A DNA stretch of 64,000 bases, taken from positions 2,091,548 through 2,155,547 of the forward strand of contig BDGG01000001.1 of the NCBI GenBank assembly GCA_001949185.1, in the 5' to 3' direction. The DNA is from Ramazzottius varieornatus. Its lineage: Eukaryota > Animalia > Tardigrada. The first letter of the stretch is position 1. The number at the start of each line of letters is the position of its first letter. Both the position numbers and the translations under genes were made by a program. Positions 23,401 through 37,500 of the stretch are shown piece by piece. The notes beneath the pieces were generated by a model. The model was not told the origin of the DNA. It searched no databases and was given only the letters and a program-made list of their open reading frames with translations.

Positions 23401-26400
23401 CCGGTCGCGGATGTTGGTAATATGGAGAGACTGGACGGGACCCGGAAAGTCTTCGAGGGTGGTCACTTGGATCGCAGGACTCCGCGGACCGCTGCCGGCG
23501 CTGGTGAACCCGAAGATAGTGATGTTGTAGGTTTCAAACTTCTTCAGGTTGTCGAACTGGGCGGTTTGGTGCTCGAGAGGATCGTACGCGCTCGGTGCCA
23601 CCTCCACACTTTTCAGCGGAGGATTATCTAAAAACGAAGTTTTTCGTTTTTGGGTACGAAAAATAAAAAAAAGACATCGGTAGATTTTTTGGTAATGCAT
23701 GCGAGCTCAGGTAAATAATCTTCTCGGGGAAGAAAAATATACAACAGCAACATATGGAAAGCTCTGAGTATAATCTTCACCGTCTCGACGCTTAGCCAAG
23801 CCAACCTCAGTTTATTTACCCAAAGTTGATAAATGATCCCATATTTCGACACGGTATCCTTGGTTCACGCCATTAATCTGTTGTGGCTCAATCTGGCGCC
23901 AGCTGACCGATAAGGAAGTTGGAGAGAGTGCCTTGCCCAGTACATCGGTGGGAGCAGCCTCGGGCACTAGAAGAATGGAAAACATGCTGTGGTCAACTGT
24001 CAAAATAATGGACTTTTGTGCAATGCATCACATTGCAAGAAGAGATACCAACCTCCTTCCAGCGTCTTCACACGTGCACTCTCCGACCACACTCCGACGC
24101 CTTTGTCGTTGAATGCCGCCATCTGAATCTCGTACAACTTCCAGGCGATCAAATCTTCCAAGAGAAAATTGCGGCGGGCCTCCTGGTTAACTGGAATTTC
24201 CGTCCAGCCTAGATCGTTGTATCCCGCTAATTTATAGCGGATGTAATAACCGCGTAAAATGCCATTCCATTCAGACTCTGCTGGTGGCTGCAATCAAGAC
24301 AAGTATTTCGCATATTTTCATTGTCTATACTTTATGATTACACAAGAACACCCTATGTCAATGGAAAATTTTCTTCCACCGAGGATACTCGATCATCGGA
24401 TGAAAATTCAAATTTGAAAATTATAGGCGTGTTTCATGACAGTAAGCACGCTCTTTTCGTCAACTTGCACACTTTCCCACCAACGCGAGTCACTGAGTCC
24501 TTGTATGCAGGTAGATGAAAGAGCCACGCATTAATTGAATGGAAATTCATAGTGGGAAGAATGAGGCACGGATTGACTTTCCGTTCATTTTCGATGGTTT
24601 TCTGGGTGGTCCGAATACTGAATGGGGAAGTGATGGAGGATAATGATGCTGTGAATTTTTATTACCTGCCATTGAACCATGATTGCCGTAGCGTTTCTGG
24701 CGCTAGCTGCGAATTTTGGTGCGGATGTTGGCGGTGTTTGTGGGAGAAGAATAGGTGGTGTGGGAGTGCTAGGTAATCCCTCGCCGACATTGTTGACGGC
24801 ACTGACTCGAAACTGATATGATGCCGATGGCTTGAGGTCTTTGACGATGTAAAAGCGATCGGTGGCGGAGAAATTGCTGAGCAAGGTTTGCCAACCTATG
24901 TCCAGTTGACTGGCGGGATCTGTTGTGTCACTTATTTGTTTATACTGGAGGATGAAGCGTACAATGGGCGAATTGCCGTCGAAATCTGGCAACCATGACA
25001 CGTTGACGTGCTTTGTGCCGTTGATCAGCTCGGCTCTTATCCGCGGTGCATAAGGAAGCTCTGCAAAAATGGAAACAATTTAATAAATGAAGAGGACCAT
25101 ATCATTAGACTCTCCGATCCACTCGCGCATCTAAAACGTTCATTCGTTCACATAGTGCGTGAGTTGATGAAGGTAGGGTATTTGAGCAACTCAAATCAAC
25201 TCGCACATTTTGTCGATTGCTCCGATCCGAAAACGCGCAACTTGACTTGGGGTTGACTCGGTCTTCTTTCCGAAGACTGAACTTTCAATGAGAATAATTT
25301 TGAAAATGGTCACAGTACTTCTGTTAGTCCAAGTATTTTTATCGTACCGATAACATCCAGTCTGGCGGACTGGGAGTCATTTCCGGCGGTGCTGAAAACT
25401 CGGCAAGTGTAGAGGCCGATGTCGGAGCTTCTGGCACTTGTAATTTCTAATGTGCCATCAGGGAGAATCTGTCGTCGCGGTGAATAAGCACCAATATCCA
25501 GTATCTTTCCATCTTGATACCATTGTAATTCGGCTTTGACAGACGGCTCCTTCGTTACTCCACATAAAAATGACACTTTTGACCCAATAACCAAGCGAGC
25601 ATCTTTCGGCGCTCTCGATATCCGTGTCCGATCTAAAATACCCAAAGGAAACAGATTACCATATCATAGTCCGTTCTAAATTTCTGTTTTCCATCTAATC
25701 TGCAGTGGTGTATATATTTGAAAAAGTGTTCGTTCTGTTTTCATTTTTTGTGGAAGTGCTAGAATTACCGGTGACGGTCAAGGTGATAGTATGGTTCATC
25801 GAAGCTCCGTCTGTACTTTGGACGAGGCAGTTGTAAATGCCCGACATTGAGCGTGAGGTGAATGAGATCAACAGGTCTCCCGAGCTGACATCAACGCTGT
25901 AATGAGTGCTTGTGGCCACGATGGGAGTACCTACAAGAAGTCTCGAGGTGAAACCTAAGCTGTGCACAAGTAGTAATTTCCTCTACCCATCAGGGCCGGA
26001 AAACCCACCATTAAAAAGCCACTTCGTGTTTGTTGGGCTGGCGTTGGCAATGGAGCATGGCAGAACAGCCGGCTGGCTTTCCAAGACGGAAATCGTCGAG
26101 GGACTTGGAGGGCTTGTTGATGGAAACATCAGTGCTGCTGACATTTCAGGAAGTGCTGAAAAAGAAAAACAATTTGAAATTTTGTCGTTCAGCATATTCA
26201 AATGAGACCTATCGTTTCCCTCGAACCGAAGGTGTTCCACTGTTGAAGGCTCGAACACCTTTAGCCTTTCTAAATCTTCGACCATTTTTCTACGATATAT
26301 CAGGCACCAAATTTCTGGTTCAGTCAAATCCAAATTTCAAAATATTTTCTCTCAAGAAAAGTGGAAGTCTTATAGATTCGATGTCTTTCGTTTATTGTGT

Positions 26401-29281
26401 GCTGATTCAATTTTTCAGTAAAGTTTATACTTCAATCAAGATTTTGTCATTCAGCGCATTTGCCGATCTTGAGAAGTACTTTATGCTATTCAGATTGTCT
26501 GTTCAACACATTGGCTATTAGTCTTGTCTGGCATTAAAGACGACTTCATCAAAATTGCTGTCGACATTTGGATCCAAGTGGATTGATTACTCTTATAATA
26601 TTCTTACGTTTGGAGTGTAGCCATGTGTTGGCCGAGTCTTCGCCAGCGGAAGTGCGGACAAAGCATTGGTACATGCCAGTGTCGTCTTCAGGCACAAATG
26701 TGGAGACGCTCAAGCTGCCATTAAGCATCATCTTCAGCTTGTCCGTCTCTTGCGGCACAGCTGGAAATGCCAGCAGTTGCGCGTTCTTGAACCACTGCCG
26801 TGTCACGGGAGGCTGTCCATGAGATCCGCCTGCGTCACACAAATCATAAACATAAGCAATTTTGGAAATGTGTATCGTGTAAAAGATTTGCCCCTTAGCT
26901 TGCAGCTAAGGAGACTGGTCAAACAAGTTGCAAGCTGTTATGTCAACAAGGTCGAAGTGGTAGCAAAAGCACTTACAGGGAATTACCACTGTCTGACCAC
27001 GCTGTGCTTGCATCTGGTTCTCCGGACGCTGGACGATTACCGGAGGACCTGTAAGTAAGAAAAAAATTGCCATATGTTACGCATATTCGTGTCACATTAT
27101 GAACGCTTTGTGCTGAAGGTTCGTTCGACCATGGCGTTTAAGTAAAACAAAAAATGAATCATCGCACAAAAAACCTCTGTCTTGCACTCAATGGGTTTTT
27201 CTTGAAGGCGGTAACAATACAGAATAGCGGTTACTGGTCATTGATTCAGGGTGCGAACAGTCCTACGGTGCGTTCAGCCGCGACGTGAGACATGTCGGAA
27301 AGAGACCATGCGACCATTAGCACGCGCCCAGCTCAAGACCATCGGACGCTCGTGATCGAAAGCCGCCAGCTGCATCAGTTACGTAAGCAAGCGTCACAAC
27401 CTCACAAAACAAGCCTCAAAACAATCTGAGTAAATTTTGGAAAAATTATTGCCATTAGAATTTAATTTTCGTTTGCGAGCTAGGCCTCGGCGAACAAACT
27501 CGACCTGATCACTGATCAGTTTACCAAGTGGCGCACTCTTCTAGTGATATTGGCTGGGAGAGTGCACCACTTGGATGGACCATCTGGTCGAGCTCTCGTT
27601 TTTGTTTTTTACTTTCAATAATAGTCTGCAAGAAAATTATGTATCTGTGCAATTTGGATGCTATGTTTCTTCAGTGAATTTTGGGATGTGTGTGTCGAGG
27701 GCTAGTGGTGCCTTACTTGCAATGGTCAAGTAGGCTCGATGTGAAGCGGTCCCGACGCCCGGAAGTTCGGCCAGACATTCGTAAGAGTCCTCATGGCTGT
27801 GATTGGGATTCAAGACGGTTAGTCGATGTCCATCGGCTATCACTCGGTAGTTGATGCCTAATTGAAGCCATACAAACAATATCGATTACTCTTCAGTGTA
27901 TTTTGCGGGGGTAATTATAGAGCCGCATGAAGAGCTCTCAAGAGACCCACCATCACTTTGCAAAACCCGACCATCCTTTCCAGCGCGCCGCCACGACAAT
28001 CGCAGCTCGGGCAATGGCCTGTGTAAAAGACAGCGGATAACTGATTGCACAGTTCGCTGGGTAAACCGGGATACGCTGCCACGCGCAAGAAACTGCTCAT
28101 GCAGCGCACTGTGTGTGCGTTTTATCAAATTGGCAGTTCGTTACCAACCTTGAATTAACGATGCATTCAAAAGTAGCTTCTTGATCACCGGGCTTCACTG
28201 TGACATTAACGGGTGGTACGACGAAGCCAGGCGGAAATTTCACCAACGGTGAGGTCGCATCTGTAAGAAACCAACTTACAATCATCAAGTGTTCTCCCAA
28301 CCGTATCGCATTTACATACACGCAACTTCAAACCAGTGCAATCCTTCACTGCAATTTTGTGCATGAAGATGCATAAAAGGGATCCCGGAAGATTTAAAAT
28401 GGCCAGAAAAACAAATTTTGTAGCTTCGTTCATGGTCCCGCATTCACCCTGTTACCAAATGCGGAACTTCTCTCACCTGCATACAGGTGTATACGAAGGA
28501 CACATGGGCTACTGTATGCAGATGAGGGAGAAATAATACGGAAATCAGTCACCTTCAGTTTTAGTTGAAATTAAATTCTTACCGACACTGACAACAACGT
28601 TGACCGGTTCGCTGACCCTTCTTTGTCCCAATTGTAAGTTGAACGCTTCCACATGGTATGGGCCATTTTCTTCATTGCTTACATCGAGAATGACCAGGGC
28701 ATTCTCCAATGTCAAGACGTACTTCCGGCTGTTTGCTTTGTCACTAACTGGCCGATCTCCCGCATACCAGGTGTAGGACGCATTAGGGACGCTTTCTATC
28801 CAGGGAGGCCGAAGAATCAGTGCCTCGCCCTCTTTGACTCGCCGGATCGGATCATGAAATGGCTGGAACGGTGTTATGTCTGTAACATAATACATAATGA
28901 GAAGCAGAGATAGTCTTCGTTATAACCAGACTATGGGAAAATCAACATACGAGCAGGCGGAACGATTTTCAGTTCCAAAGCTTGACTGAGCACGGAGCCC
29001 AGCGGAGATTCGGCTATGCAGCGGTATTCGCCAGCGTCCACTTCCGCTACGGCGTTAATTGTCCACTCGCCATCTTCTAAAGGAGCTTCGTTAAGAGGAA
29101 CTCCGTTCTTCAACCAGCGATAGTTGGGACGAGGTGTCCCGCTGGCTTTGCATATTAGCGTCTGCGAGGAGCCGGGCAGGATTACGGCTGTGGTCGCACG
29201 TAAAGTTGCACCGCGAAGCAGTGGCTGCTGATAAAACAATGGTCCGGCATTCACACCACCTAGAAAAACGACCATAAGCAA
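17497..29281 (-). CDS. sdk: Sidekick cell adhesion molecule (Ig + FN3 repeats, TM, PDZ-binding tail)
   Basis: Multiple Ig exons (25310-29281) and many FN3 exons (18610-25050). TM PFYMELWFLILVAATGSVLVILLIACLCI. Diagnostic C-terminus NNTPGSRNPLPGFSSFV*. Signal-peptide exon not pinned down. Confidence 0.95.
17891..17937. repeat. Palindromic element core (sdk last intron)
   Basis: Perfect arms, spacer 25. Confidence 0.9.
21014..21136. repeat. Palindromic element (sdk intron)
   Basis: Perfect arms 21052-21062 and 21088-21098, spacer 25; outer GGGACATCGGAAAATG / CATTTGCCGACGTCGC. Confidence 0.9.
22616..22739. repeat. Palindromic element, tandem doublet (sdk intron)
   Basis: Cores 22616-22662 and 22693-22739, both with spacer 25. 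Confidence 0.85.
27526..27572. repeat. Palindromic element core (sdk intron)
   Basis: AAGTGGCGCAC-N25-GTGCACCACTT; outer AAACTCGACC / GGTCGAGCT. Confidence 0.85.
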
Positions 29282-29521
29282 AATTCATAACAAGCCATTA
29301 TTTTCGCACATAGAAAGAAAACAGTGCATTTCTATCCATTTGCACTGATCCGGAACATCTGCGACGGCAACACGTAATACCGTCGAAGTAAAAATAATAC
29401 CATTTTCCTAATTCCTACGCTAAATCAATCACAATTTCCAACAGAAAACTATGTAAAAGATTAAACTCTAAACCCTGTTTTCAACTAACTGTTGATAATC
29501 TGATGTATCTTCATTGATTGA

Positions 29522-29642
29522 AACGTCGGTAAGTCACTTAGGCAGGCTCGTTTTCTCAAGCTGCGCAATTTTTTTGCCAAAAACAATAAGAGCGTGCGCC
29601 ACCTGAGACAACGATCGCGTTCGATTTATTTGCTGATATCCC
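29522..29642. repeat. Palindromic element (5' of the first sdk Ig exon)
   Basis: AAGCTGCGCAA (29558-29568)-N25-GTGCGCCACCT (29594-29604); outer ACGTCGGTAAG / ATTTGCTGATATCCC. Confidence 0.75.
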
Positions 29643-32600
29643 AGTTTTCCCGACAGAGAAAATTTGCATTTCGTTCTTCGGTAACGGGAGCGTTTTCTGT
29701 CGCAGAGAAATTTTCATCGATTCTGCAATAATTATCATGAGTATTTCTGCACCGGAAAAGATAACTGCAATATATTGGCTTTTTTTCTAATTTCTGGGCC
29801 TGAAAAAGAAAACCTCAATAGTGACATATCAGTGGGGCAAATCGACAGAGAAAACTGCTGTTATTCCCCCGAGACTCGTCACTGTTGTGTTTTTGTGACA
29901 AACTGGATAAAATGTAAATATGTGGACGGAGGTACGTAGCATTGATATGTGTGTCGAGATGGAAAGAGAGCACTTGGCCCACACAATCCTCAACACGTTA
30001 CTGCCGTGGCGCAGGTACTATCGATAACATTTACGGCTCAATATCGCCACTGTTTGTCCTTGATCACTGTCCATAAATGTTGTGCTAAAAACCTGAAAAC
30101 GGAAGCGATGACGGACCCTAAGTTAATAAGCAGCGCATACCTGTGTCTCGATTTTCTCCCGATCCACTCACAGGTTGAAAGACCATCCCGCATAATATTC
30201 CAATCAATATTCCATACGATAGCCACCTCCACTTCTCCATTCTCTCGAACCACTCCGGATTAATCCATCATGAAAAATTCAGCATCCGATGCCATAACAC
30301 ATAAACTTCTCACTGAAAACACAACAAACGAATTATGAATAACTTTAGTAAAATGTCAGAAGTTCGCTTTGGGGAACCAAACTAAATTTATATAAACGCA
30401 CGAACCATGACTGAGATTTTCGTAACCAAAACGCTGAAACAGCAATCCAGAAACTTCTCGCAGAAAAGATCTCGCGTGAGTAAAGAAGCTATGATCGCAA
30501 ATGAGCGACCTCGCAAAAGTGTCCACGAAAGAGTTTTGGCGTGGTCCATGCGAAATATTTTACGAGGTGATTCAACTCAGTGAATCCATACACTAGCCCT
30601 TTTAGATAACACCCAAACAGGAAAAAACTTTTCTAATCATAAGTTTTACAAGCTGTCATCTATAGAGAGTATCGACAGTTTGTTTCGGATGCTTCACATA
30701 CCTGCTTATGACTTGCGCACGTCAAAAGCAGCTGTCCATAACAGTGTTCGCTGTCATCACCGCTCATGAACTCCACCCCAAATTTGTCGGCGGCATGTTT
30801 TCCGCGTTGCACAGCCTACAAGCAAATTCCATCAGACACGGTTACCACCAGCAAGGCCAGTCAATAATTGGGATAAAAATCGAATTGAAACTCCAAATAG
30901 TACCGTCGACGCCGTTAAGCGGGAGGAAGAAGACACCAAAGGAATGCTCGATAGTCGATAATACGCAAAGCGATAATTGAGTTCCGGCTGATTTATCTCC
31001 GTCGGTCCTTCTAAGGATCAAATCAGGGAAAAAGGGGATAAGTATACACATAAGCAATGCAGTTAGGCTCGAGACGGGATCACAGTCCAACCATCGGTCA
31101 GTTTATCGATACCGGTTTGGGACAGGCTTTAAAGAGTTTAGTGAATATTTAGTACCGGATGGATCCTTGCTTCAGGCGACGTTGTCGAAAATGACGATGG
31201 TGGTTGGCTCAAAGTCTTTCTTTCCTTCCCTTTCTCAGACCTAAACCTCATCAGAGATACAATGTCACAACAGGCTCGCACATCGCACAGAAGAATCTTC
31301 TAGTCGACTGCATATTATACCAGAGAAAGACATACTACTGACTTACGTACTGCGGCATATACTGCTTCAATGTTCATTTCCCCATAGGAGAGTATTGCTT
31401 GACCTGCATTTTACTCATTTGCGTTGGTCCAGCTAGTAGAGTCTGTAGAGACTCTTGTACAGCATACACATCTATTGTCCGGTGCGCGCTCTCTGTTCCC
31501 GTTGATTTCTGCTGGCCGGTGATGCTCTTCACTCAACCTGCCAAGTCAAATAAAGGCCCCTCTGTTGTAGACAAAAGGTATGACCGTGCTGTCAGAGACA
31601 ACCAATCAGGTACAACGGACACAACCACCTTATTAGCATGTCTGCTGCACCACCTGAGCTTCCTTCTGTGAAGCACCAATGCACCGTACCTGGCCACTCA
31701 GTCCATCCACCTGGCCACACATCTGTGAGCAATTGTCGGGGTGAGGAGCCAGAGAATGGGTGGCAGGTGGAATGATGTTCCAGTTCCCATGATCCTTGAA
31801 ATCCGGTGAGGAGCACGAACAGAAAATAATTAGGTAGGCAAATCCGCTGTAAAATTTTACCATTGTATTCTTCCCAAAAATCCAACCATTTTGTGGTGCT
31901 TCATTGAAGCGCTTTGACGGCCCCGACCAAACGCATGTTGCGGGTAGAACAATAGAGCTCTCTCGCGATCGTACTGTAGCGTGCCCGCATACCGCGCCTC
32001 CAGATGGCGCGCTCGAAGTTCGGACTGGATCTCGTACACCACAAAGACAGCTGAGTTTTTCGGGTCTACGATGACTATTGGAGAATCAAGAATCCCGAAA
32101 GGACCTTTAAACTTATTCGTGGGTCATATTCAAACCCTCTTGTCATATTTAAAGTTGAAAAATTCTGACGCTGGCAGCGACGTTCAGTAAATAGAATTGT
32201 TCTGAACTTCGTCTGGCCTTACCTGCTGGCAGCGTTTGAAGAAAGGGACCACTTGATGATGTCGCCACCCTTGAACAAATTCAAGATTGTGCGTACAGAC
32301 CCAAACTGGAGCAGAACCTAAAGTGGCCACTTGTCAAGTGCCGCATTAATTGCAGTCTTTTAAAGGGGACCGGACACTGGCTAACCCGGAGAGAAGTTCC
32401 AGATTTCACGGGTGCGATCGTTCTTTCTTCTTAGGGAGCTGTGGATAAACTACAAGATACAAACAGTGGAATTGACTAACATTCGGGCTGTTATCAGTCG
32501 TAGGAGTTTTTGTCACACAGAGAGGGGACAGGTCATCCCGGGCGACAAAGAGGTGGACAGAAGGGACCGATCCACGTCGTCCTGCTCACTGGCTTCCCCG

Positions 32601-32903
32601 AAAGTCAGCTCGAAGTTTCTTCCAAACATCCCGTGCAACAAAAACGCCCGTTGTTAGAATATTACAATGTTTGTTTGAACACCAACTCCCACCATAAACA
32701 CAAACTCGGGGTTGACGTCGAGTCAAAGATCGTGGCGAACCTTCGCCAGCCTAAGATTCAGAGGAGGTCTTCGCTACTTTCATCTCGAGTGTCGGCTGTA
32801 ACAGAAGTCTCTTACCAGCTCTGGAAAAGAAAATTCGCCATGGTTTGATTCAGCGATAATTGAGTTTGTATACACGTGTGCCAGACTGAATACCTTGGAA
32901 AAG

Positions 32904-33913
32904 ATGGTCCTGATAGCATTTGGTGTCCGCAGTCCAGTATGCAGGATCAGGTCCTGGAAGAATGTCGTCACAGCCGTCCTCATACCCACTTGCGCCATCT
33001 TCATATGCGTCCTCATCATCCTTCTTTCCCGGAAGTACGACGCTTTTGGGATCCATGACGATCGTGGAAAATGTGTGAGTCGTTTGAGATCTAGTCTGAA
33101 TGATAAAAAACTCCTTGCTGTTCTGAACGAGACGATAGAAGAGGGGGCAAAGAAACTACCGGAAATCTGCAGGTAAGGTTCAGTGGAAAGAAAACAGATC
33201 GTCTTGTTATTAATGATACTTGCACTCTTTCCGACTTACAGGACTTATGAAAAAAGTTTGAAACTCCTCAGCGGTGTTATTAACGATTGTCCAAGACTCT
33301 CCGTGTACGCTTCTAATGAATTCCTTGACGGTCGTACCACTCGGGATCTTCTTCAAGGCATGGTTGACGACATCTGCAAGAACGACCTGCCGAAACAACA
33401 ACGATGGGCATTAGAATTTGCGCGGTGTTACGACAAGGCTCTTTGGGAATACTGTAAAAAGAATAGCCCTCGCCGCTCAAAATGCGAGTAAGCTCTCCCC
33501 TCTCGTAACTACGAGAAGTAGAGTATATAACGCGATCAATTTATTCAGAAACGTAGCATTCAAAAAAGTTACACATCTTATTTATTTCTAATTTTTGTTG
33601 TCATGTAGAAAGATATCTTCCTGCTCTTTTCAGATCGATTCAAGCACCTTACCTTTGCTACATAGCACAGTTTGACAATACGAACTGTACACATGGCGCC
33701 ATGGAGTCTTTCGACCGCGTCCAAGGAGTTTTCGACAGAGCTCTTGGCTGCACCATAGAACTGGAACAGCAACGATACACCGGGTTCATTCACGAGCACC
33801 TCAACACCAACAGCACAACCAACGACAGTCCCAGTCCCCTCAGATTTCCGTTTACTGCGACCTTCCTACTGGTGTTTCTCTTGCTTTCGAGCCATCAGCT
33901 TGACCAACTGTAA
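32904..33913 (+). CDS. Cys-rich, probably helical, membrane/secreted protein of unknown function (3 exons)
   Basis: Exons ~32904-33172, ~33242-33487 and ~33634-33913 splice in frame via GT-AG. N-terminal hydrophobic VVTAVLIPTCAIFICVLIILL, spaced Cys, C-terminal hydrophobic FPFTATFLLVFLLL. Confidence 0.6.
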
Positions 33914-34520
33914 TCTGACTTTTGCAGCAGAAACAGTCAAAGGTTGCAGTTTGGATATCACGGCACTGGCAACTTTTTTCAAATTGCGGTTTCCATAGGG
34001 TCGTTTCTCTGTGGCGTAATGTGAATAATTAATTCATCACACCACAACGTACTTTCCCCGGCGATTAGCGGACGTCATAGTCTGCCATAGAGTGATTGTG
34101 TTAGCTCGCTCGGGATATTAAGAACAGAGCATATTTACTGTGCAAATTCGCGGCCTACTTCGATCGATGGGCGTTTCATGCATTAACAGTTAAACCACAC
34201 CCAGGCCATAAGTCTGGGAAGAGCTTCAGCTAATGTTTCGTAGTCAAAAGTGTTGTAACCGCTGTTGAGAAGAAACCTTAGCCTTACACAGTCAGCCGTA
34301 CTTCAAAAAAATGTTGGCTTTTTCTTACCATCGCCCTGAGGGATATCTGCACCATACGTATCATAGTACTCCACAGCTCTTGGTGTTGACTTACATCTTG
34401 GGCTGCTCGCAGCGCCATAGTGCTGATAAGGCCGCCGTTCAAACACTTGACTGTACATGGTGTCTGGCTAGGAAGTGCGCGTCAAACGTGCCTATATCTA
34501 CCACAAGGATACTGATTACA

Positions 34521-37500
34521 ATGCCTGATTCAACTGGTTTAACCGCTGACAATGATTTGACTGAAACTGAAAACTCCCTCTTCGTTGCAACTCCTCCTCA
34601 ACCGTCGGAAGTTCGGCTAGAAATTACAAATGGGGAACGTTTGACTCACCCGGAAACGTCCGTTGCATCTTCGGTGAGTTCTTCAGACCTTCTTATCCTT
34701 GAACATTCCGTAATCAATTTCGCTATGGGTATATTGGATGGTATGTTCAACAGAGGAATGCGGAAGTACCGGACGGGAGTATGTCTGCATCCCGCGGACA
34801 CGCCAGCTGGTCTTCGAGGCGGAAGTTGAAGTGGTTGGTGACGGCCTTTGTGTGTCTAACGATGATGCTCTTCTTGTACAAGTCCATGGTACATTGATGT
34901 TCCTCACTCCATTAAACTTGCTCTCTGCATTCCTACATGCCCGTTACTTATTCCTCTGTGTCTTTCCGTCGTTCAGACAGGAAGTCGAGCCGGAAGATCA
35001 GGCGTCTACGTGGCACCCGAGCGGCGGAAGGAGAACGTCTACAGAAAAAACTACGTCAAGGCAGTGAGTTCTACGACAGATGCAAGGTTGTGAGCACCTG
35101 TTTGGTCGTCTGTCTATCCGAGATGTTTATATTTGGTGTGGCAAAAGTGTTCACTAGTGTTGTCGTTCAACAGATGATGAAACATGCGTGGGACAGTTAT
35201 GCAACTTACGCATGGGGCGATAATGAACTGCAGCCCATATCACGGCGCGGCTTCCACGGGAGTGCGCCGTTCGGCACTGCCAGATTGGGCTTGACCATCA
35301 TCGATTCGCTTGACACTCTTCATCTCATGGGAATGCAGGAAGAGCTGGTTCGCGCCAACGAATGGCTCGTCGATCACTACAGTATACAAAACACGGTATG
35401 AAAAACACCGATGAAAGCCAAATCATCGTCCAATTGAGCGAAATAGAAAATCAGAGCAGCTTGAATTGACAACTATGTAAATATGTTCCAACAAAAGATT
35501 TTAAAAAATGATTTAAATGGCTATCAAACTTTTTTTCAAGTTCGTAATTTCACAGCAACTTCCCAACTGAAAACTAGCAGCGTAATATAATACGGCGGAA
35601 TCCATGCACATACCGGTTTCTGCAGAGCACGGTGGTGTCAGTCTTCGAAGCCAACATTCGCCTGGTGGGAGGTCTCTTGTCGATGCATGCGTTAACTGGA
35701 AACAACGTAAGAATGTTTGGACCGCAATCATCACCGTCTCAAAAGAATTAGAAACAATTTAGTATCGGTAAATCATCACGATTACTTGACAGATGTACAT
35801 GAGGAAAGCCATTGAGACCGCGAATGCCTTGCTACCAGCCTTCGACTCGCCCAGCGGACTTCCGTACAGTCTGCTCGACGTCTCTTCGTAAGGTCCATCT
35901 GAAAAACATTGGAGGAACTGAGCGATCTGCAAACCGATTCAGAACCCAACTTTCTTTCTAGAGGTGTTGGACAGATTTACAGTTGGGTACCTGGTGGGTG
36001 CGTCTTCCTGGCGGACGCCGGAACTCTCCACCTCGAGTTCGCGTACCTATCAGCCATAACCGGAAACTCGACCTACGTGGACAAAGTTAGTCATGTGAGG
36101 AACCTACTTGTAAACAGTAAGAAGGAAACGGGATTCTACCCGAGTACAGTGGACTTTCTCAGCCTGACCGGGACGAAGTGTACGACCGGCTCGCTTGTGA
36201 CCATTGGAGGGACCGCGGATAGTTTCTACGAGTACCTGCTGAAAGCCTGGCTGCTATCTGACCAACAGGACCTGGCTGCGAAAGAACTATTCGACGAAGC
36301 TATGGAGAAACTCGAAGGGAGGTTACTTCAGAGTTCACAGGCTGCATTGAAGTATTTCGCCATCATGAACGAGGCAGAGCAGCTGGAGCATCGTGTGGAA
36401 CATTTGGCCTGCTTTGTCGGAGGTCTCTACGCTCTCAATGGACTGCATTCGAGTCACAAAGCACGAAACTTGAAACTGGCGCATGAACTGACTACGACTT
36501 GTCGGACATCTTATGCGTCGACAAGTAAGTACCGAGTTGTCGAGGTGTACTTATTGTTTCTGATGACGATTGTCGGATCCAAGTTGTCAGGGCTTGCGGT
36601 AAAGGATCTGCAAACGTAGCACATTCACTCTCGCTGTATTTCCGCACAATACATTCGGACAGGGCAAATCATACGCGACGAACAGGACGGTTCTATAGAC
36701 AGGCTTAGGGAAATAATGAGGCGGAAGACTTGTCTATGTCTGAAAGCAAGTGCGATGGAAGCACCGAATCTTCCTTTCATGTAAACAGGCAAATTTGGCT
36801 CGAGCTCCATATGCTACTTCGATCTTTGTGTTCAGCGTGTAAAAAGCTCACCTGCTTCTCGACGTACAAATCCGTAATGCAGATCGACTTGTTGCATATG
36901 CCATATGGGGTGTTCTGAATGCGAGATTGCTCGTCCATTGGCATCCTCTGGAACACTGCAACGTTAGCGTTGTTACTGGGCGTAATATGCTTTAATCAAT
37001 GATTAAGAAAACTTCGTACCTATTCGTACTTGTCAGTCTTTCGCCGTTTCAGAAACTCGATTGGGGCCGGAGTCTTTCAGTTTCAACGATCTCGGTCAGC
37101 CGGCTCCGGATTTTCGTTCTGAGAATTACGCTCTGCGGCCGGAAGTGGTAGAGAGTTACTTCTACCTGTGGAAGATCACCGGCAACGAGATGTACCGCGA
37201 CTGGGCCTGGGATGCTGCGCAGGTATGTCAGTCCTGTCCGTTATCCAAATCTCTTCACGATAGAGCTGTTGAAAACCAAACCAGACCACTTAGAAAGTGG
37301 TTTATATGGTTTATGTGGTTCGTGGTTTGACATCCAAACCGAACCACCTCAAACCAAACCACTCAAACCATATGGCATCTCAAACCAAACCACTCAAACC
37401 GGTTTCGATCTCACGCCAAACCATATGAACCACTGGTTTATGTGGTTTAATATGGTTTGCAGTAAAGGGAAATTTCATACGAAATCAGCAGATTCTGTGC

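Noticed and set aside
31590-32310. Possible minus-strand exons
   Set aside because: Splice-like borders exist, but I found no consistent frame or recognisable product.
32321-32332. AAGTGGCCACTT, resembling a collapsed element with the loop excised
   Set aside because: A 12-bp palindrome without outer arms; plausible by chance.
32850-33056. Acidic minus-strand ORF MDPKSVV..
   Set aside because: Antisense to a better supported three-exon plus-strand gene.
36525-37035. Possible old ~500-bp TIR element in a mannosidase intron
   Set aside because: The inverted ends are too degenerate to support without alignment.
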